From: Candidatus Hydrogenedentota bacterium
GTDB taxonomy: Bacteria > Hydrogenedentota > Hydrogenedentia > Hydrogenedentales > JAEUWI01
Length of the DNA: 64,000 nt
NCBI GenBank assembly: GCA_034669905.1
Contig: JAXMOL010000033.1
Coordinates: forward strand, 1-64,000
Reading direction: 5' to 3'
Shown here: piece by piece, positions 29,763 to 40,384 of the stretch
Layout: every line of letters begins with the position of its first letter
Position numbering within the stretch: the first letter of the stretch is position 1
Notes under the pieces: model-generated
What the model was told of the DNA's origin: nothing
What the model saw: only the letters and a program-made list of their open reading frames with translations
Databases searched by the model: none
Translations under genes and position numbers: made by a program

Positions 29763-32297
29763 TCACGGGGCCCGCACGGAGAAGTTAACCGTCATTTTCA
29801 GGCCCGCTGTGAGGTCCCGTACCTGGAGGGTCCACGATCCCGGCAGGTCATTCAAGCCTGCCTCAAAGGGCACGGTGAGCAGGCCGTTGCGGGCGCAATG
29901 GAAACCGCTGTAGGCGTTAAGCGCCCCGTCGGCATCCGTGATGGTCAATTCCAACGGCTGCAGCCCAGCCAGCGGTGCGCCCCGTCCATCTTCCACGAAG
30001 ATATGGAGGGAAGCCCGCTCACCGAGAAAAACCTCCGACGGCGGGACAAAACGAAGGCGTTCCGCTGCTTCCGGATAGAGCGCCAGGATGGTGCCACCCA
30101 GCTCGTCCAGCCCAACTGGGATGTGCCAGCCCGATGCGTCGCGGGTTGCGGGCAACGCCGTGTGGCGCACCATGTCGTAGGCGACCAGGGTGTCACCGGG
30201 CCAATCGCGCAGGGTCACCGTGGTGTCGATGGGCACGAGCTTATCGAGGACGGCCTTGTATTGCTTGCCCGCCCGCTCGCCGTATTCCCGGTTGTCGTTT
30301 ATCAGCACCAGGTAGCGGGTGCCGTCCTTTTCGAGTGCGTTGAGGAGAACCCGTGGCGTGTCGCAATAGACTTCGGGTTCCACCTTGCCCTTCAGGCCCG
30401 CCTTCAATTGGGCCGCGTAGCCCTCCATGATGCGCTGGTCATCCAGGGCCGTCACGCCGACCACTTCCTGTAAGGCCGCGCTGTCGGGTTGGAGCTGATC
30501 GTTCCAGTTGGCGAAGTCGGTATTGTTCGCGATGGCGTTTGCGCTGATTTTCTTCCGGTAGGTGAAGTCGAAATCGAAGTGCAGCACATTGGGCAATTCC
30601 GGGCCGAGGTATTGGTCGGCAATGACTACCCCGCCACGGGCCTGGAAGGCCTGTACTTCGCGATACACTGACTCGGTTAAGGCATCGCACTTGGGCAACA
30701 CCAGCACGTCGTAGTCCCCCAGGCCATGCCGTTCGATGGTCTCGTCGAGCAGCACATCGGCGTTGAGATGGTTCATGGCGAGGAGGGTATAAAAATGGTA
30801 TATCTGGAGGTTGCGATAGTGGCCCAGCAGGTTGGGCGACGTGCCGTGGATGCCCGATGCCATGGAGCTGAGCACGGCGATTCGACGGGGTGCGATGTCT
30901 GCCTGGGTCAACAAGGGGCCGAGGGGCTTGAAGACCTTTTCGCTCAACTCCCGGATGGCTTCGCTGGTGGCATAGGGCACGTTGACCGTGTCTTCGCCCT
31001 GGGGATTGCAGGCGCTGGAGTAGTAGTAGCCCAGCGCCTTGGGGGCCCGGGACAGGTTGATCCACGTGGTGACCTTGGTCCGCGCGGGGCCCATGAGCAT
31101 CCAATCCTCCGTGGGGGCGAGTTGGCCCGGGTAGTTGAGGAGGGTGACCGTGTGCAATGCTTCCGACCTGGTCCGACCACAGGCGGCCCGCAGGGTCTCG
31201 ACGAACAGCATGAACTTGGGGTCCGGGTTGGTGTAGGTCCAGGTGCTGACGGCGTCGATGCCGGGGAACATATCCAGGAATCCCGCCTCGCGGTAGGGGT
31301 CATTCACCGTCATGATGTCGGGGCGGTAACGCTTAATCATCTCGGAGGTGCGCTGGTTGGCGAGGACCAGGCCGTTGCCCTGCTGGTAGTGGAATTTCCA
31401 GAATCGATAGAGCGGATCGTCATCGGCCAGGACGCCCTTCGCTACCCAGTGGGGCTCCTTGGCAGGTCGTTCGGTCGTGCCCAGCGCCTCCTCCATGAGG
31501 GCAAGCCCCGCCGCGTTCCGGTTCGTCTCGAGTCCATCGACAATCTCCGTGTTGAAGAAGGCGGTCTTCACCTGGGGAAAATGCTGGACGAATTCCATGA
31601 GCTTCCGATTGGCGTCATTCTGAATTCGGGCGACCTCAGGATGGAAGGGATTGGCGACGGGCTTTTTCTCATGGGATTCCATGGCCACGTTGGTGGCGTC
31701 GGGATCGTCCAGCGTGGTGGGGTCTACATCGCGCAGGCCGCCGTTGGGGCGAATCCCCACATCACCTCCGGCCACCAGCGCCTGATCCAGCGCGCGAATC
31801 CAGTTATCCGCCGTGTAGTCCGTCTCCCAGCCGGGACCGGAGAGGGTGGTGAAGCCGTGGTCCATGTACCAGGAGGAGCCGCCACCGCCCCAGAGCCAGA
31901 TCATCATCCGGTCGGGGTTGGGCGCATGAACGGTCGTCAATACAGTGGGTTCCGAGCGGACTTCCGCCACCGGGTTGCTGTAGTGCCCGCGAAGTTCATA
32001 GGCCCCGGCCTTGAGTTGGGACAAGGGAAGGGCCTGACCCGTGTGATAGGTCGCGCCCGGGGCCACCGTGGGTACGGCGTCACGAAACGTCTCGACGTCT
32101 CCCAATTCCACGACCACTTCGCCCGCCGCGAGAGGGGTGTCCCCCGTGTTTTTAAGTGCAACGCCCACCACCGGTGTTTCGCTACGGTGGTAGGCGTGGC
32201 GATTCAACGGCGTGGTGATGGAAAGCGTGACGGTATCGGCACCGGGTGCCGCGAGGGCACACATCAACATGAGAAGGAAACAAGAGCGTTTGAGCAT
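29763..32297 (-). CDS. Secreted protein, possibly a glycoside hydrolase (GH42-like barrel and trimerisation domain)
   Basis: Signal peptide MLKRS..; NPFHPEV; YDVLVLP..FQARGGVVIAD; C-terminal GSWTLQVRDLTAG. Confidence 0.6.
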   Translation of the reverse strand: MLKRSCFLLMLMCALAAPGADTVTLSITTPLNRHAYHRSETPVVGVALKNTGDTPLAAGEVVVELGDVETFRDAVPTVAPGATYHTGQALPLSQLKAGAYELRGHYSNPVAEVRSEPTVLTTVHAPNPDRMMIWLWGGGGSSWYMDHGFTTLSGPGWETDYTADNWIRALDQALVAGGDVGIRPNGGLRDVDPTTLDDPDATNVAMESHEKKPVANPFHPEVARIQNDANRKLMEFVQHFPQVKTAFFNTEIVDGLETNRNAAGLALMEEALGTTERPAKEPHWVAKGVLADDDPLYRFWKFHYQQGNGLVLANQRTSEMIKRYRPDIMTVNDPYREAGFLDMFPGIDAVSTWTYTNPDPKFMLFVETLRAACGRTRSEALHTVTLLNYPGQLAPTEDWMLMGPARTKVTTWINLSRAPKALGYYYSSACNPQGEDTVNVPYATSEAIRELSEKVFKPLGPLLTQADIAPRRIAVLSSMASGIHGTSPNLLGHYRNLQIYHFYTLLAMNHLNADVLLDETIERHGLGDYDVLVLPKCDALTESVYREVQAFQARGGVVIADQYLGPELPNVLHFDFDFTYRKKISANAIANNTDFANWNDQLQPDSAALQEVVGVTALDDQRIMEGYAAQLKAGLKGKVEPEVYCDTPRVLLNALEKDGTRYLVLINDNREYGERAGKQYKAVLDKLVPIDTTVTLRDWPGDTLVAYDMVRHTALPATRDASGWHIPVGLDELGGTILALYPEAAERLRFVPPSEVFLGERASLHIFVEDGRGAPLAGLQPLELTITDADGALNAYSGFHCARNGLLTVPFEAGLNDLPGSWTLQVRDLTAGLKMTVNFSVRAP

Positions 32298-32495
32298 TAT
32301 GAATTTCCTGAGCGTTTGAGTACACTTCACCGGACCAGACGCATGAAATTGAACGGCGTGGGCCGTCCCACTACCATAGGGGATCGATTGTAGTGTCTGC
32401 CTCAACGGGATTCCACCCCCGACTGACGGCGGGCGCTTGAATGCTCGAAGAGACATGGGCGGGGCCGCAGGGTCCCGTTGGAAAGATGACCCGCT

Positions 32496-35435
32496 TTGCA
32501 AAATAGATCCACTATTCTAACGGTTACTTTGACGTCCCGTCTCCTGGTCTTAGTGGCGTGCCTGGCGGCTTTGTCCGCTCATTCCGACGACTGGCCCACG
32601 TGGCGTCATGACGCAAGCCGTAGCAACCACACCTTGGAGGCACTTCCATCGGAGCGGCACCTCCAGTGGAAGCGGGTCTTGCCGCCGGTTAAACCGGCCT
32701 TCCACAAGGCGCGCCTTCAGTTTGACGCGGGCTACGAGCCGATTGTCGCGGAGAAATCCGTGTTTGTCGCCTTGCCCGATGTGGATGCCGTCGTGTCCTA
32801 CGCCCTGGATACCGGGGCGGAGCAGTGGCGCTTTTACACGGCGGGCCCGGTGCGTCTGGCACCCGTGGCGGGGGAAGGGAAGCTCTACTTCGGTTCCGAT
32901 GACGGTCACCTCCATTGTCTCGATGCCACCACGGGCACCTTGCAGTGGAAGTTTCGCGCCGTGCCTTCCACGCGAAAAATCTTTGGCAACGGCCGCCTCA
33001 TTTCCGTGTGGCCCCTGCGCGGTGGGCCGGTCCTGGCAGATGGCACAATCTATTTTGCCGCGGGCGTGTGGCCCCTCGAGGGCGTCTTTGTTTACGCGCT
33101 GGACGCCAAAACGGGCGCGGTGAAGTGGGTGAACGACCGCTGCGGTTCCCTGTTTGGCCAGACGCCCCACGGGGGACAGGCCATAGGCGGTCTTACGCCC
33201 CAGGGCTATCTGCTCGTCAATGGCGATGACCTGGTGGTCCCCTGTGGAACCGCGAAGCCCGCCACCTTGAACCGGCACACCGGCGAGCTTATCGATTTTA
33301 AGCTCCCCGGTGAGGGCCGTGCGCCGGGTGGTTGGTTCATGATGGCCGATACCCAGGAAGCCCGGGATATTCGCCGGGGCAAGATCCAGTTTGACAGCGA
33401 GGTAAACCAGGACCTCCATGAGGACAAGCCCCAGCCGGGGGATGGTGTCCCCGGCATTCGTCGTCAACTTCGCATGGGGGATGAGACCCTGTCCTACGGC
33501 GATGGGATAGACGGCGTGGAGGGCACCATCCACAGCATGGCAATCGCGGGAGGACGGCTCCTCGTGACCACCCTCGAAGGGGCGCTCTATTGCTACGGCG
33601 CCGAAGCGGTCACGCCACAGACCTACCCGTTGGCCGTGCCTGTACACAAGGAAATTCCACTGAGCGCGCCGGTTGCCACTGCGTTGGACGCCCTTCGCGT
33701 TCAGGAAGGCTATGCGCTGGTGCTGGGTTCGGACCGCGGAGACGTGGCCCGGCAACTGGCGGCCCATAGTGGGCTGCGCGTGTTGCTTTCCCTTCCCCAG
33801 GCAGAAGCAGGGGAAAAGCTCCGTCGCGAATTGGGGCAAGCGGGATTGCTGAATAATCCCATCTCCGTGTTAGCGGGGGACTTACTCCAACTGTCCCTGC
33901 CGCCCTACTTCGCCGACCTCATTGTGGTAGACGATGACGGGTTGATGGATTGGAGCGATGCCCGCCTTGTTGCGGTGTATGAATGTCTTCGTCCCTATGG
34001 CGGTGTGGCCTGTCTTCCCCTGTCGCCCGATAGGGAGGTGCAGCTCCGCAGTGCCTTGGATGACGCGGGATACGGCGAGGCGACGATAGAACGTGAGGGG
34101 GAACTGGTTTATCTGCGGCGGGAGGGTGCGCTGCCGGGGTCGGTGGATTACACCAAAGATTGGACCGCCCCCGACGAACGGGTACGCGCGCCGCTCGGCA
34201 TGCTGTGGTACGACGATTCGGTGGCCCATTTCAAGCGGGCGCCCCAACCGCACATTATCGGTGGCGTCATGGTTTCCCGGGACAAAGAATGGACCGGTGA
34301 GCGGGTGACAGCCGGCCCAGTGAATCAATTGCAGGAAGACGGCACCGGTCGCTTTGTCATTGGGGAAGCCCGTTTCACCGATGTCTATACCGGGCGCGTC
34401 ATGACCCGCGAAGAGGCCGAGGCTCGGATGGGCCCCGCACCGGAAGGGCCAGCGGAAGACTTTCGACCACCCTATCAATACCGCCCGCCCTATGTGGACG
34501 CCTACTATGCGGAGCACAAGGCCAAGGGCACCAATCCCGGCGTGTTCCCCTTTCTGGTGAAGCGCGAGAAGGGTGAAATGGTGAATCCCATCACGGGTGA
34601 GTCTGAAACGCGCCGTTACGTAAAGAGCTATGGCTGTGACGGCGGCAATGACTACGGCCATTTAATTACTATGCGCTCAGCCACCCCGGCCTTCTACGAC
34701 AAGCGGATCGAAAGCGGCACCATCAACATCAGTGGTCCCCGTTCCGGCTGTACCAACAGCATCATCCCCGCCAATGGCGTTCTGAATATGCCCTACTTTT
34801 ACGACGGCTGTGTGTGCAGCTATCCCTTGCCCACGGGCGCGTCACTGGTCTCCATGCCCCAGAGCTTCGAGCAGTGGACGGCCTGGGGACCGGGTAAGAT
34901 CGGGCCCATGGCACGCATTGGTATCAACCTCGGTGCGCCGGGCGATCGGATGACCAACGAAGGCACGCTCTTCGTCGATTACCCCAGCGTGGGCGGGCCC
35001 TCGCCCGAGATTGGGGTAGCGACCGTACCCGAGCATCCCGATTTTTTCTATCACCACGCGGTGTTCCATGAAGGGGGAGCCGGGTGGCCCTGGGTCACCA
35101 GTTCCGGGGTGGAAGGGCTTACGTCCTTGCAGGTCACGGGACTCAAGGCGGGTAGTTTTACGGTCCGGCTTTATTTCATTGAGCCCCAGCACACCGAGAA
35201 GGGTGCGCGCATACTCAATGTGGCGATACAGGGCAAAATGGCATTAGAGCACTTCGACATCGTGGCCGAGGCCGGCGGCAGCATGCGCGGCGTCGTAAAG
35301 GAATTTACGGATGTCGCGATTGACGGAAACTGTAAGATTGCCCTCGAATCCGTGAAGGGTGCAACCCTGCTCAGCGGTATCGAACTGGTGTTCGCCGGTC
35401 TGCCCGTCGACCCGATCGTGGTCGCAGCGCGTTAG
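32496..35435 (+). CDS. PQQ-like beta-propeller protein with methyltransferase-like middle domain and C-terminal malectin-like domain
   Basis: DWPTWRHDASRS, YFGSDDG, LISVWPLRGGP; LPPYFADLIV..LRPYGG; TVRLYFIE..FDIVAEAGG. Confidence 0.82.
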   Translation: MQNRSTILTVTLTSRLLVLVACLAALSAHSDDWPTWRHDASRSNHTLEALPSERHLQWKRVLPPVKPAFHKARLQFDAGYEPIVAEKSVFVALPDVDAVVSYALDTGAEQWRFYTAGPVRLAPVAGEGKLYFGSDDGHLHCLDATTGTLQWKFRAVPSTRKIFGNGRLISVWPLRGGPVLADGTIYFAAGVWPLEGVFVYALDAKTGAVKWVNDRCGSLFGQTPHGGQAIGGLTPQGYLLVNGDDLVVPCGTAKPATLNRHTGELIDFKLPGEGRAPGGWFMMADTQEARDIRRGKIQFDSEVNQDLHEDKPQPGDGVPGIRRQLRMGDETLSYGDGIDGVEGTIHSMAIAGGRLLVTTLEGALYCYGAEAVTPQTYPLAVPVHKEIPLSAPVATALDALRVQEGYALVLGSDRGDVARQLAAHSGLRVLLSLPQAEAGEKLRRELGQAGLLNNPISVLAGDLLQLSLPPYFADLIVVDDDGLMDWSDARLVAVYECLRPYGGVACLPLSPDREVQLRSALDDAGYGEATIEREGELVYLRREGALPGSVDYTKDWTAPDERVRAPLGMLWYDDSVAHFKRAPQPHIIGGVMVSRDKEWTGERVTAGPVNQLQEDGTGRFVIGEARFTDVYTGRVMTREEAEARMGPAPEGPAEDFRPPYQYRPPYVDAYYAEHKAKGTNPGVFPFLVKREKGEMVNPITGESETRRYVKSYGCDGGNDYGHLITMRSATPAFYDKRIESGTINISGPRSGCTNSIIPANGVLNMPYFYDGCVCSYPLPTGASLVSMPQSFEQWTAWGPGKIGPMARIGINLGAPGDRMTNEGTLFVDYPSVGGPSPEIGVATVPEHPDFFYHHAVFHEGGAGWPWVTSSGVEGLTSLQVTGLKAGSFTVRLYFIEPQHTEKGARILNVAIQGKMALEHFDIVAEAGGSMRGVVKEFTDVAIDGNCKIALESVKGATLLSGIELVFAGLPVDPIVVAAR

Positions 35436-35484
35436 TCGCACGGGTGAGTAAAAGAAACACACGAAGAACGCCACCGAAAGGAGC

Positions 35485-35639
35485 GCGGACATTCCTGTCC
35501 GCGGCAAGGCAGACTCGGATGCGAGAGCCCACGTATGGGCTGGAATGGAAACCGGATAGATTCGGTTTGGGTCCAGAGCTGGGATGCGTGGCTTTCTACA
35601 AGGCGTTGGGCCAGTGTTTCCGCAGACAGGAATGTCCGC
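35485..35639. repeat. REP-like inverted pair
   Basis: GCGGACATTCCTGTCCGCGG and CCGCAGACAGGAATGTCCGC (1 mismatch). Confidence 0.8.
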
Positions 35640-35824
35640 AATCCGAGGGACGTTTTTGTTTCCTATCTTAACGCGGAATGCTACTATGCACCCTTCGAAA
35701 AATTCCCGTTAATTTGGGCTGTGCGCTTGAAGGAACAAGCGACCATTACGGGCGAATAGGTGGGTTTGTATTTTCCGGGTTGCCCTGTAACCAGGTCGCC
35801 CTTGACGATTTCAAAGGAGAACTC

Positions 35825-36616
35825 ATGAAGAAGATTATCTGTAACGTGTTGGCGTCGGTCGTCGTTTTGTTCGCAATTGCGGGTTGTCAGAGCATCGGTG
35901 CTGATTCGGGCGACGTCAAGCCTATCAAGGCGCTGCTCATCACGGGGGGATGTTGTCATGACTATGACGCCCAAACGCGGCTTCTCATGGCGGGCATTGG
36001 AAAATATGCCAATGTGGAGTTTGACGTTGTTCAGGAAGGCGAGGGCACGGAGCATGTGCATTCTGTTTTCAAAAAAGAAAACTGGACCCGGGGTTATGAC
36101 GTCGTCATTCACAATGAATGTTCTGCCGACGTGGGCGATGACGTGGGCAATGCGGTGGCCAAAGAGCATTTCGAATCCGGCACCGGCGCCGTTATGATTC
36201 ACTGCGCCTTCCACACCTTCCGTAAAATGGAAGGGGATGCCTGGCGTGCCACCCTGGGCGCGACGTCCAAGCGGCACACCCACCAGAAGCCCATCGCCGT
36301 TACCTTCGACGAGCCGACCCATCCGATTCTGGTCGGCACAGAAGAATTCGTAACGGGCGACGAGGAACTCTATATCATCGACAAGATTTTCGAGCATTCT
36401 CTCCCCATCGCAACCGGCCACCAGGGAGAAAACGTGTATCCCCTCATGTTCGCCAATGAATACGGGAAGGCCAAAATATTTAGCGTGACGGTGGGCCACA
36501 ACACCGAGACCTTCGAAATTGAGGAATGGATGCATATCGTGGCGAAGGGCCTGTTGTGGTCCTGCGATAAAATAAACGAGGACGGGACGGCAAAGGCGGG
36601 CTACGGCCCTCGGTAG
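35825..36616 (+). CDS. ThuA domain lipoprotein
   Basis: Lipobox IAGC; LITGGCCHDY, HNEC, IHCAFH, DEELY, VGHN; AAGGAG RBS. Confidence 0.88.
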   Translation: MKKIICNVLASVVVLFAIAGCQSIGADSGDVKPIKALLITGGCCHDYDAQTRLLMAGIGKYANVEFDVVQEGEGTEHVHSVFKKENWTRGYDVVIHNECSADVGDDVGNAVAKEHFESGTGAVMIHCAFHTFRKMEGDAWRATLGATSKRHTHQKPIAVTFDEPTHPILVGTEEFVTGDEELYIIDKIFEHSLPIATGHQGENVYPLMFANEYGKAKIFSVTVGHNTETFEIEEWMHIVAKGLLWSCDKINEDGTAKAGYGPR

Positions 36617-36735
36617 TGGATCGCTTCAACGTTAGGGGGATACTTCGTTGGTCCCTTTCATCTGCCCCTCCCGGACAATTCCCCTCTCCGGAGGGGACCT
36701 TCCAAAAAGTAATTTAAATCACTAAATTGGCCTGA

Positions 36736-37240
36736 GTGCCACGGGCAGGCCCGGTAGGGTTTGCCCGTGTAAAAACTCATACAGGCTGTAGACACTCGTA
36801 ACACGTAAACCGAAGATGGTGTTCTTAATACAGGGTCTATGGACACTTTTGGATACCAAGACACGTCACGGGCAATCTTGATCGCCTGCCCGTGGCACCC
36901 AAAGTCCCTGCTGCGGAGTATGGCCAGACTTGAACTAGTGGTCTGAACTAAGCAGATGGGCCATTATTGAGCGCCTTTCCGCTGGGCAAGAATAGATTTG
37001 GAAACCGATGTGTGTTGTAGCGATGTTCTATGAGACGGGCTTTCAGCCCTCCGTGGATGAAGCGGGCCGAAAACATGGGGCTTCGCCCCATGCTGGTATG
37101 TTGCCGGGCCGTTGGCCCTAAAAAAAGAGAAACGGCAACGACGATTTTTTCAGCGCCAAAGGCGCGCCCCATATCAGCCTGGGGCGAAGCCCCAGGAATA
37201 AGAACAAAAAATTATGGACAGGGCTGAAAGCCCGATTCAT
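36736..37240. repeat. Cluster of REP-like palindromes (two families)
   Basis: GTGCCACGGGCA..TGCCCGTG at 36736-36769, inverted copy at 36867-36900; CGGGCTTTCAGCCCT..AGGGCTGAAAGCCCG at 37030-37240 enclosing TGGGGCTTCGCCCCA and TGGGGCGAAGCCCCA. Confidence 0.85.
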
Positions 37241-37348
37241 TTTACGCAAGAAAAAAGCCTTCAACTACAGTTCAGACCACTAGAAATTCACCGCAACGTA
37301 ATGACCCATCTGATTGATTCAGACCACCAACACCAGGAAACACCGGCA

Positions 37349-38332
37349 ATGAAGTATTACGCCCTTCTCTGTATTGCAACCACGCTCACCCTGACTGGCG
37401 CGGCAACCGCCAACGAAAGCGTTCCCAGCGAAAAGCCCCGGGTCATTGTGTCCACCGACATTGGCGGCAGCGATCCCGATGACTTCCAGTCCATGGTCCA
37501 TTACCTGGTCTATGCCGACCGTTTCGACACCGAAGGCCTCATCAGTTCACCACCCCACGAAGGGCGCGTGACCCATATTTTGGAGGCGCTTAGGGCCTAT
37601 GAGAAAGATTTCCCGAATCTGCGTACGTGGTCATCGGCCTATCCGACGCCCGATGCGTTACGGGCCGTGACCCTTCAGGGCGCCACCGAAGTGCAAGCGG
37701 GCGATCTCCCCGACGGTACCGTGAACGACGGGGCGCGCCATCTCATTGAGCGTGCCCATGCGAAGGATAGCCGCCCCCTCTATGTGCTGGCCTGGGGCTC
37801 GATGACCGACGTGGCCATCGCGGTGCATGCCGACCCCACCATCAAGAAGACGATTCGCATCTATTCCATTGGCTCCTGGAACACGAAACAGGACAAGAAA
37901 TCGCGCGATTACCTGGTTAAACATCACCCCGACTTGTGGTGGATCGAATGCGACACCACCTTTCGGGGCATGTACATGGGCGGCGTTCAGGACGGTGAAT
38001 GGGGTAACCTCGGTTTTACCGAGGCAAACGTCACGGGCCATGGTGCCTTGGGTGCGCTCTTCATGGCGCAAAAGGCCGACATCAAAATGAGCGACACGGC
38101 GTGTGTTTACTACCTGCTCCACGGCGACCCCGATACCCCCGAATCGGCACACTGGGGTGGGGCCTTCATTCGTCCCGACCCGGAGAAGCGTCCGACCTAT
38201 TGGCACGATAACCCGGACCCCGCGTTGGCCGTGAAAGACAAGTGGGGTGCGGTCACGGTGAACCGTTGGCGGAAGGACTTCCTGGAAGACTGGAAACATC
38301 GGATGGACCGGGCGCAGCATCCCAAAGAATAG
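37349..38332 (+). CDS. Secreted DUF1593 / nucleoside hydrolase-like protein, copy 1
   Basis: RVIVSTDIGGSDPDDFQSMVHYLVYAD, EGLISSP, PLYVLAWGS. Confidence 0.87.
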   Translation: MKYYALLCIATTLTLTGAATANESVPSEKPRVIVSTDIGGSDPDDFQSMVHYLVYADRFDTEGLISSPPHEGRVTHILEALRAYEKDFPNLRTWSSAYPTPDALRAVTLQGATEVQAGDLPDGTVNDGARHLIERAHAKDSRPLYVLAWGSMTDVAIAVHADPTIKKTIRIYSIGSWNTKQDKKSRDYLVKHHPDLWWIECDTTFRGMYMGGVQDGEWGNLGFTEANVTGHGALGALFMAQKADIKMSDTACVYYLLHGDPDTPESAHWGGAFIRPDPEKRPTYWHDNPDPALAVKDKWGAVTVNRWRKDFLEDWKHRMDRAQHPKE

Positions 38333-38458
38333 AAAGAGGGGTGCGGCACCCGGGCGAGGAGGCGTTGGAGGCGGTAGATAGTGGCGGGTACGGGAACGTA
38401 TTAGTTCAGAACGGGCGATTCATCGCCCCAAACCATTCCAGCAACAAGGAGTTTCAGG

Positions 38459-39439
38459 TTGATAAAGCATCGTTTCATCTGCGCGTTAGCCTACCTGGTA
38501 GCCAGCTATTTTACGATGGCGGATATCGCGGTAGCCGATCAACTTCCCCGGGTCATCGTGTCCACCGACATTGGCGGTAGTGACCCCGACGACTTCCAGT
38601 CCATGGTCCACTACCTGATCTATGCCGACCGTTTCGATACGGAGGGGCTCATCAGTTCACCGCCGGACAAAGGACGGGCGGCCCATATTATGGAAGCCAT
38701 CGCGGCCTACGAGGGCGACTATCCGAATCTGCGCAGCTGGTCCGACGCCTACCCCGCGCCCGATGCCCTCCGCGCCGTGGTCCGACAGGGGGCGACCGAG
38801 CGCCAGCCGGAGGATGTTCCCACCGCGATCAGCGAAGGGGCGCGACTCATCGTGGAACGGGCCAACGTCGAAGATGCGCGACCACTCTACGTGTTGGTCT
38901 GGGGCTCCATTACCGACGTCGCCCAGGCGGTGCATGCGGACCCAGGCATCAAGAAAACCCTCCGTGTGCATTCCATTGGTTCTTGGAATACGTCGATGGA
39001 CAAGAAGGCCCGGGCCTACTTGTTTAATCACCACCCGGACCTCTGGTGGATTGAGAGCGATACGACCTTTCGGGGCATGTATATGGGCGGTGAGCAGGGG
39101 GGCGAATGGGGTAACCTGGCCTTTCCGGAGGCCCACGTGAAGGGCCATGGCCATCTGGGTGCCCTCTTCATGGCGCAAAAAAAAGACATTAAAATGGGCG
39201 ATACGCCGACCGTGCTCTACATGCTCCACGGCGATCCCAACACCCCCGAGTCCGATCACTGGGGCGGCGCCTTCATCCGCCCCGACCCGGAAAAGCGGCC
39301 TGATTATTGGCACGACAATCCCGATGCCGCACTCGCGGTGAAAGACAAGCGGGGCGCGGTCACGGTGAATCGTTGGCGCAAGGATTTTCTGAGTGATTGG
39401 GCCGCGCGGATGGATCGGGCGCGCGAGAAGATGGAATAG
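38459..39439 (+). CDS. Secreted DUF1593 / nucleoside hydrolase-like protein, copy 2
   Basis: Same motifs as copy 1, plus IKMGDTP; AAGGAG RBS before TTG. Confidence 0.87.
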   Translation: MIKHRFICALAYLVASYFTMADIAVADQLPRVIVSTDIGGSDPDDFQSMVHYLIYADRFDTEGLISSPPDKGRAAHIMEAIAAYEGDYPNLRSWSDAYPAPDALRAVVRQGATERQPEDVPTAISEGARLIVERANVEDARPLYVLVWGSITDVAQAVHADPGIKKTLRVHSIGSWNTSMDKKARAYLFNHHPDLWWIESDTTFRGMYMGGEQGGEWGNLAFPEAHVKGHGHLGALFMAQKKDIKMGDTPTVLYMLHGDPNTPESDHWGGAFIRPDPEKRPDYWHDNPDAALAVKDKRGAVTVNRWRKDFLSDWAARMDRAREKME

Positions 39440-39453
39440 CTGAACCAGAATAA

Positions 39454-39540
39454 GTGTTCAGAGATGACACCGAAATATTCCTTAAAACCATAATCCCCAG
39501 CCGCAAAGCGACGCGCCACTATCTGGGAGTATCCGAATGA
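39454..39540 (+). pseudogene. C-terminal remnant of a BrnT-like toxin
   Basis: Translates VFRDDTEIFLKTIIPSRKATRHYLGVSE*; preceded by an in-frame TAA; ATGA overlap with the antitoxin. Confidence 0.75.
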
Positions 39541-39821
39541 AACGCCATACGTTGGACAAAGAAGAGCAAGAAACTCTTGACGCTTTCGAAGGTGGGGAGT
39601 TGGAATCCGCGCTCACCCCGGAACGACGAGACCAACTTGCCTCCATCGCCCGGGATACCTTCAAGAAAGACCAGCGCATCAATATCCGTCTTTCCGCGCA
39701 TGACCTGGATGGATTGAAGCGGCGCGCCCTGGCCGAGGGCATCCCCTATCAGACGCTGGTGTCGAGCATCCTCCATAAGTACGTCTCCGGTAGTCTTTAC
39801 GATGTCAACGCGGGGAAGTAA
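39537..39821 (+). CDS. CopG/BrnA-like RHH antitoxin
   Basis: KKDQRINIRLS..LKRRALAEGIPYQTLVSSILHKY. Confidence 0.9.
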   Translation: MKRHTLDKEEQETLDAFEGGELESALTPERRDQLASIARDTFKKDQRINIRLSAHDLDGLKRRALAEGIPYQTLVSSILHKYVSGSLYDVNAGK

Positions 39822-39920
39822 GGGAACTTGTCTCCAGCATATTGCCATTGGGAATCTACCCTGATGCCCCGCCAAATTTCCGCGCCCCCATGCCCCCCTG
39901 AAATTCACTCGTATTCGCCC

Positions 39921-40328
39921 ATGAGCACACCCCGAAAATCAGCAGTCTATCTCGCCTGTGCCATGGTGGTCCTTATACTTGGCCTGGCATCACGGCGCTA
40001 TGGGACCTACCTGCCCCCATCCGTCGCAACCTATGCGGGGGACACCCTGTGGGCGCTCCTGGTCTTCCTGGGAGGCAGTGCCCTGATGCCCGGGCTTCGC
40101 TTGTCCTATCGGGCGGGAATGGCCGTTGCCTTCGCGTTTTTCATCGAGCTGGGTCAGCTGTATCATGCGCCGTGGATCGACGGGCTGCGCGACACCACCC
40201 TTGGCGGTCTGGTGCTGGGCTTCGGGTTTCTGTGGTCGGATCTGCTCTGCTACCTGGTGGGGATTGGCATGGGGGTCGCGGCGGATTGGGCCGTGCGGGG
40301 ACTGCACCGACGCGATGTCGGTAGGTGA
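39921..40328 (+). CDS. DUF2809 membrane protein
   Basis: YAGDTLWA, IELGQLYHAPWID..TTLGGLVLGFGFLWSDL. Confidence 0.88.
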   Translation: MSTPRKSAVYLACAMVVLILGLASRRYGTYLPPSVATYAGDTLWALLVFLGGSALMPGLRLSYRAGMAVAFAFFIELGQLYHAPWIDGLRDTTLGGLVLGFGFLWSDLLCYLVGIGMGVAADWAVRGLHRRDVGR

Positions 40329-40384
40329 GGCCGGTGTTCGCAGGGGCGAGCGAGGGCGTGTCGTCATGGAGGAAGAAACGGGAC

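Noticed and set aside
27551..32393. Long ORFs 27551-29371 (-) and 30726-32393 (+)
   Set aside because: Antisense to well-supported genes, no motifs; expected in high-GC DNA
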